DNA of 63,572 nucleotides, filler included, from Olpidium bornovanus S191 (Eukaryota; Fungi; Olpidiomycota): NCBI GenBank assembly GCA_017911155.1. It is 33 parts of 33 records of this genome, joined end to end, with 100 filler letters (N's around TTAATTAATTAA, not from the genome) between each part and the next. Parts side by side here need not be neighbours in the genome. Positions count along the whole stretch, not along the records: positions 59,662 to 60,850 come from JAEFCI010001889.1; positions 60,951 to 62,464 come from JAEFCI010005694.1; positions 62,565 to 63,572 come from JAEFCI010012068.1; 30 more parts are not named here. One strand, 5' to 3'. Shown piece by piece: positions 59,791 to 63,572 of this stretch (position 1 is its first letter; each line of letters starts with the position of its first letter). The notes under the pieces were generated by a model. It saw only the letters and a program-made list of their open reading frames with translations, ran no database searches and was not told where the DNA came from. The position numbers and the translations under genes were made by a program.

Positions 59791-60415
59791 CTTTTATTTC
59801 TCCTCTGGTGCGCGGGTTTGCGTGGCGGTTTTCCACGGAAAGTTCGGGCCGCGGGCGGTTCCTTTCTTTCTCGCGGCGGTTTCGGCGTTTTTCGCGGCGA
59901 GTGGGCGGTCTCCCCCCCCCACCCCCCGAAGAGCAAATTCCAGAAAGAAAGCGGGCCTGGCAAGAGAATTGTTTTCCTACTAGAGGGAGGTTGATTTAGA
60001 TTCATTCTGAAACGTGAATAACACCTAGTAGCTTAGACTTGAATCAGCACCACCCCCTCCTTTAGTAGAAAAGCAAGCTGGGAAGCTGACCTGACTTTTC
60101 GGCCCTGATTTCAGACACCAGCCGATACCGCTGGCGCGCCACCCGCGTTCGAAGGCAGAGGTGGCACCATCTTCGTTGCCGGCAGGGCTGGCCTCGCGCG
60201 CAACACACAGTCGTCAATGTCAGGCTCGTTCCCCTCGTTGGCCCAGACGGCTTGGCCGTCGCGCTGAATCCGCCCATCAGCTCGGCCGGCCTTGAACGTT
60301 GCCACTCGGTCCTATTGCTTGGAAGGCAACGATGATACTTATTCACCAACGACACGTTGGGACTTTGTGAATGCAGTATCGAGCGTTCGACATCATGACA
60401 AACATTCTTGCCCCT

Positions 60416-60482
60416 GCCGTTGATCTCGTTAACCAGTCAAAACCACTGGGGCCGTTGATCTCGTTAACCAGTCAAAACCACT
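60416..60482. repeat. Two-copy direct repeat, period 35 bp (GCCGTTGATCTCGTTAACCAGTCAAAACCACT)
   Basis: Exact 32-bp copies at 60416 and 60451, separated by GGG. Confidence 0.9.
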
Positions 60483-61279
60483 CGGGGCTAAGATAACGGA
60501 AGGGATGGGGGTGGGTGGGAGGGGGAACGCTTAGATTATAAGTTTTACAATCCCTTCGGGCAGCCATCCACTCAACCTGCGCATCATTGCTTCCGGCCAC
60601 ATTCAGTTCATATGCCCTTCTTTTTACCTTCGGCGGGGCGGCCCTCAGTATACCTTTCCGAACCTGCCTCTGAATCCGCCCGACAATCGACTTTGACAGG
60701 GCTTTCGATGGGGATTTTGAGTGGAAATTATAAGAGGAATTCGCAGATTTGCGGGCTCAAAGCGGCGTTTGCCAAACGAACCGGATCCGTCGCAATATTC
60801 GAAGCACAATTTGCCACGGGATTTGCGGCAGATTTCGCCCCAGAACATGCNNNNNNNNNNNNNNNNNNNNNNNNNNNNNNNNNNNNNNNNNNNNTTAATT
60901 AATTAANNNNNNNNNNNNNNNNNNNNNNNNNNNNNNNNNNNNNNNNNNNNCATGGCATTGCTGACGCCAGGTGCCTCGCGCAACTGTTTAGTCACTCTGA
61001 TCAACGGTCAGGGAACTTTTTTGCGTCACTTCGCCCTCCGAACTTTGCTTCCACATTTGCTAGGAAAATGGACGTCACATCGACGCGCGAAGCCTTTGGC
61101 ATCTCGGCGTAAGAAAACGAGATCATTAGGGTTAGGGTAATGGGGTTATTGCTAAGTGTGCAAAATCTATCTGAAGTGTAAGGACCATCTACACATTGCA
61201 ACAGCGTCCCTCGTTTGGAGGCAGGGCGGTTAGCGCTGCCGCCACATCGGACCACCTTAAACAAAAAGCCGGACATCTC

Positions 61280-61650
61280 CCAAATCCGACAAAAAAAGAA
61301 GAAATCCAGCAAATCCTGGGAAAAAAAAAACCAAAAAAACGTATTTCTCAAAATTCGCAGTTCCCTCAAAAAAGATTCCCAAAAAATCCCACGAATCTTG
61401 CGAATCCCGAAAAACCCGCGAATTCCGCGAATATCACAAAAAAGGCGAATCCTGCAAATTCCACGAAATACAAGAAAAAAAGATATTTCGTGAATCCCAA
61501 AAGAGAAACAGAATATTGCGGATCGCGCGAGTCGGGCAAATCCCGCTAATACCGCATTAAAATCCCTCGAATCCTGCGAATTCCCCGCCAAAAAAAGCGA
61601 ACCCGCAAAATGCGGCAAACAAGCGGCAAACCAGAAAGTGCGGGTGGACA
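61280..61650. repeat. Array of degenerate short repeats (AATCC[T/C]GC[G/A]AATTCC-like), possibly transposon subterminal repeats
   Basis: Motif variants recur many times (e.g. about 61393, 61418, 61449, 61570). The complementary motif occurs at 60736-60830 in the previous contig. Confidence 0.5.
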
Positions 61651-63572
61651 ACGCGCAAAGCGCCCTGGGCGCGCGCGCGGCGTTTCGCTATTTCGGCGCC
61701 CGTCGGCGGACGCGACGCGGTTCGGCCGCGGGGCGTAAACCAAAGGCAACTGTAACCTAGGGGGTCAAAACGCCGCTGCGCCCGAAAGCCGGGAAAATAA
61801 ACGCCGATTTCAGACTTTTCTGGCCGCGCCGGAAATACAATTCGCAAGAAGCTATCCGCGCTAGGTCGAAACTCGCGACAATTTCTGAGCCAACGACAGC
61901 GGCGGTCACCCCTGCCGAGTAATCAGGGCACCGCGAGGACGCTGCCCCCCGTGACGTCGTCCACCAGCTTGAAGGTTAAAATCTGGGCGGGCTCAACGGT
62001 TGCACACGTTTTCGAAGCGGGCGAACGTCGCGGCGCAAGATCTTTGCCGTGGTAATTCGAAAAGGATGGGCGGACTATTTGGGAGGATTTCCCCTTCCCC
62101 CGGACAACACTGCGCAGTGTTGCAGGGAACGCGGCCGGGTTACGCGGACTGTGTCGCAGCCGGCTTTTTTTTGGTTTTGAGCACGGGCGCCCTGATCCGC
62201 AAAACTTCCTCATCAGACGAGCGGTCTCGTAAATAAATTTATTCCCCGCCATCTCGCCGCCGGGCTGCGGTGGATGGAAAATCCCGCGGGCGGCGCACGA
62301 ACGGTATCTCCCCCCCCCCCCCTCACCCTCACCCTCGCACCCTTCCCCGTTATCCACCTCCTTCCGGGCCCTCAAACGAGACGTTTCGCACGCAAATCCC
62401 GTCTTTCGTTTTCAGTCCCCTTCCGCGACGGCCTGCCGCAGCGGTCACCGAAACCGAAAACATGNNNNNNNNNNNNNNNNNNNNNNNNNNNNNNNNNNNN
62501 NNNNNNNNTTAATTAATTAANNNNNNNNNNNNNNNNNNNNNNNNNNNNNNNNNNNNNNNNNNNNCATGACCGTAGGCACGATTGCCGCAGGTGCTCGCTT
62601 GTCCCCGCGTCCTCGTCCGTGTGAGGGGGAGTTTTGGAGCCTGAGCGGTAAACACCCGCAGGCCACGTGACATAAAAGCGCCAGGGTAGACGGAGCCTCC
62701 TCTAGGAGGCTCCCAAACCTTCGAGGAAAACGAAGGAAAATCTGTGTCAGCAAAGACGCGAACCAAAAAGGTGAGATACCCGGCAGAACCCGGCAGAGGA
62801 CCCGGTTAGCCGCCACCCACCCGCATTGTCCTCCATACTGTTCATGGGGTAGAACCGGGCGGAAGACCCGGCGAAACGCCACCGTCTTCCACCGCGGATA
62901 TGAGCATGTGATTGCATATTAAGATGTAAACAACGTATTTATGTAGAGATTTAGCGGCGATGACGTCCGCGACATCGACCCGCCAGCGCCATCTCCCGCT
63001 AGGCTGCGGTAAGTGCGGCGAGGGCGAGTGCGAAGTGCGGTGGGGTGGCGATGTAGGCAAGCGGCAAAAGCGGCGAGAAAGACCCTCGCTTTTAGGCCCC
63101 TTTTGTAATTGTTTTGACCTTAAGCCCTCAAGTGTAAAATATTTTGCGAACTGGGCCTGCATTCGTAATTTCCCCCTTTTTCTTTCGCTATTCCGAAAAC
63201 CGCCCCTTCCCCCCCCCCCCCCCCCCCCCCCCCGCTCCCTCTTCCTTTCCTCCGTCCTTTCTTCCAAGGTGTCAAAAATTCAAGGGTTCTGACTAACGGC
63301 CCGTTGTCACGTACGCCGCGTAGGATCCTTTCGAAGCATGCTCGGCGTGAACTCGACTCTTGACATGGAACTCTTGGATGTCAGCGAGGGCTGACCGGAC
63401 TGGAATGGTTTTATGGTTCTTTGTAAGCCCTTAAAAAAGCTTTTTGAACGAGCTAGGAAGCGTTTTCGTTGGGTCGCCCTGTAAGGAGCAATCACAGATC
63501 AAAGTCCGCCTTCATGTTAGTGGAAAACACACTGACAATGGACGCCGCTGACCATGGACGACTTCGCCCAAC

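Noticed and set aside
60416-60482. CRISPR array
   Set aside because: There are only two copies separated by 3 bp, with no spacer and no cas genes, in a eukaryotic context. It is a simple tandem duplication.
61125-61140. Telomere (TTAGGGTTAGGG), and the similar stub near 28569
   Set aside because: Only about two units, internal to the contigs, which is too short to call a telomere.
62565-63572. Coding gene on the last contig
   Set aside because: Only short ORFs without recognisable motifs or clear splice structure.

Overview
This window is not one locus. It is 33 short, unrelated eukaryotic contigs (about 1-4.7 kb each) joined by 32 artificial 100-bp spacers (44 N + TTAATTAATTAA + 44 N), so adjacency between contigs carries no biological meaning. 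The DNA is GC-rich, intron-rich and homopolymer-rich. It encodes fungal-type genes (Crz1-like zinc finger, ERG24-type sterol reductase, GH18 chitinase, Cwc2, Pex4) together with flagellar genes (CFAP54, CFAP58, kinesin-2 KIF3A-like), the WAVE subunit BRK1 and an MCM8 C-terminus. This points to a zoosporic early-diverging fungus (Olpidium-like; inference). Most genes are truncated by contig ends. Mobile DNA includes the 3' end of a Ty1/copia element with PPT and LTR, plus a related LTR fragment upstream of BRK1. The best candidate for an undescribed system is the gene at 19473-21755 (-). It encodes a secreted protein with a signal peptide and KR site, a three-fold helical repeat plus glycine zipper, a CAE...RCxxC zinc-deaminase-like domain and a Tyr/Cys-rich 18-aa tandem-repeat tail, which is a polymorphic-toxin-like effector architecture. 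Two window-wide patterns also stand out: frequent AAG 3' splice sites and contig ends strongly enriched for CATG. All gene identities come from motif recognition by eye; no searches were run.
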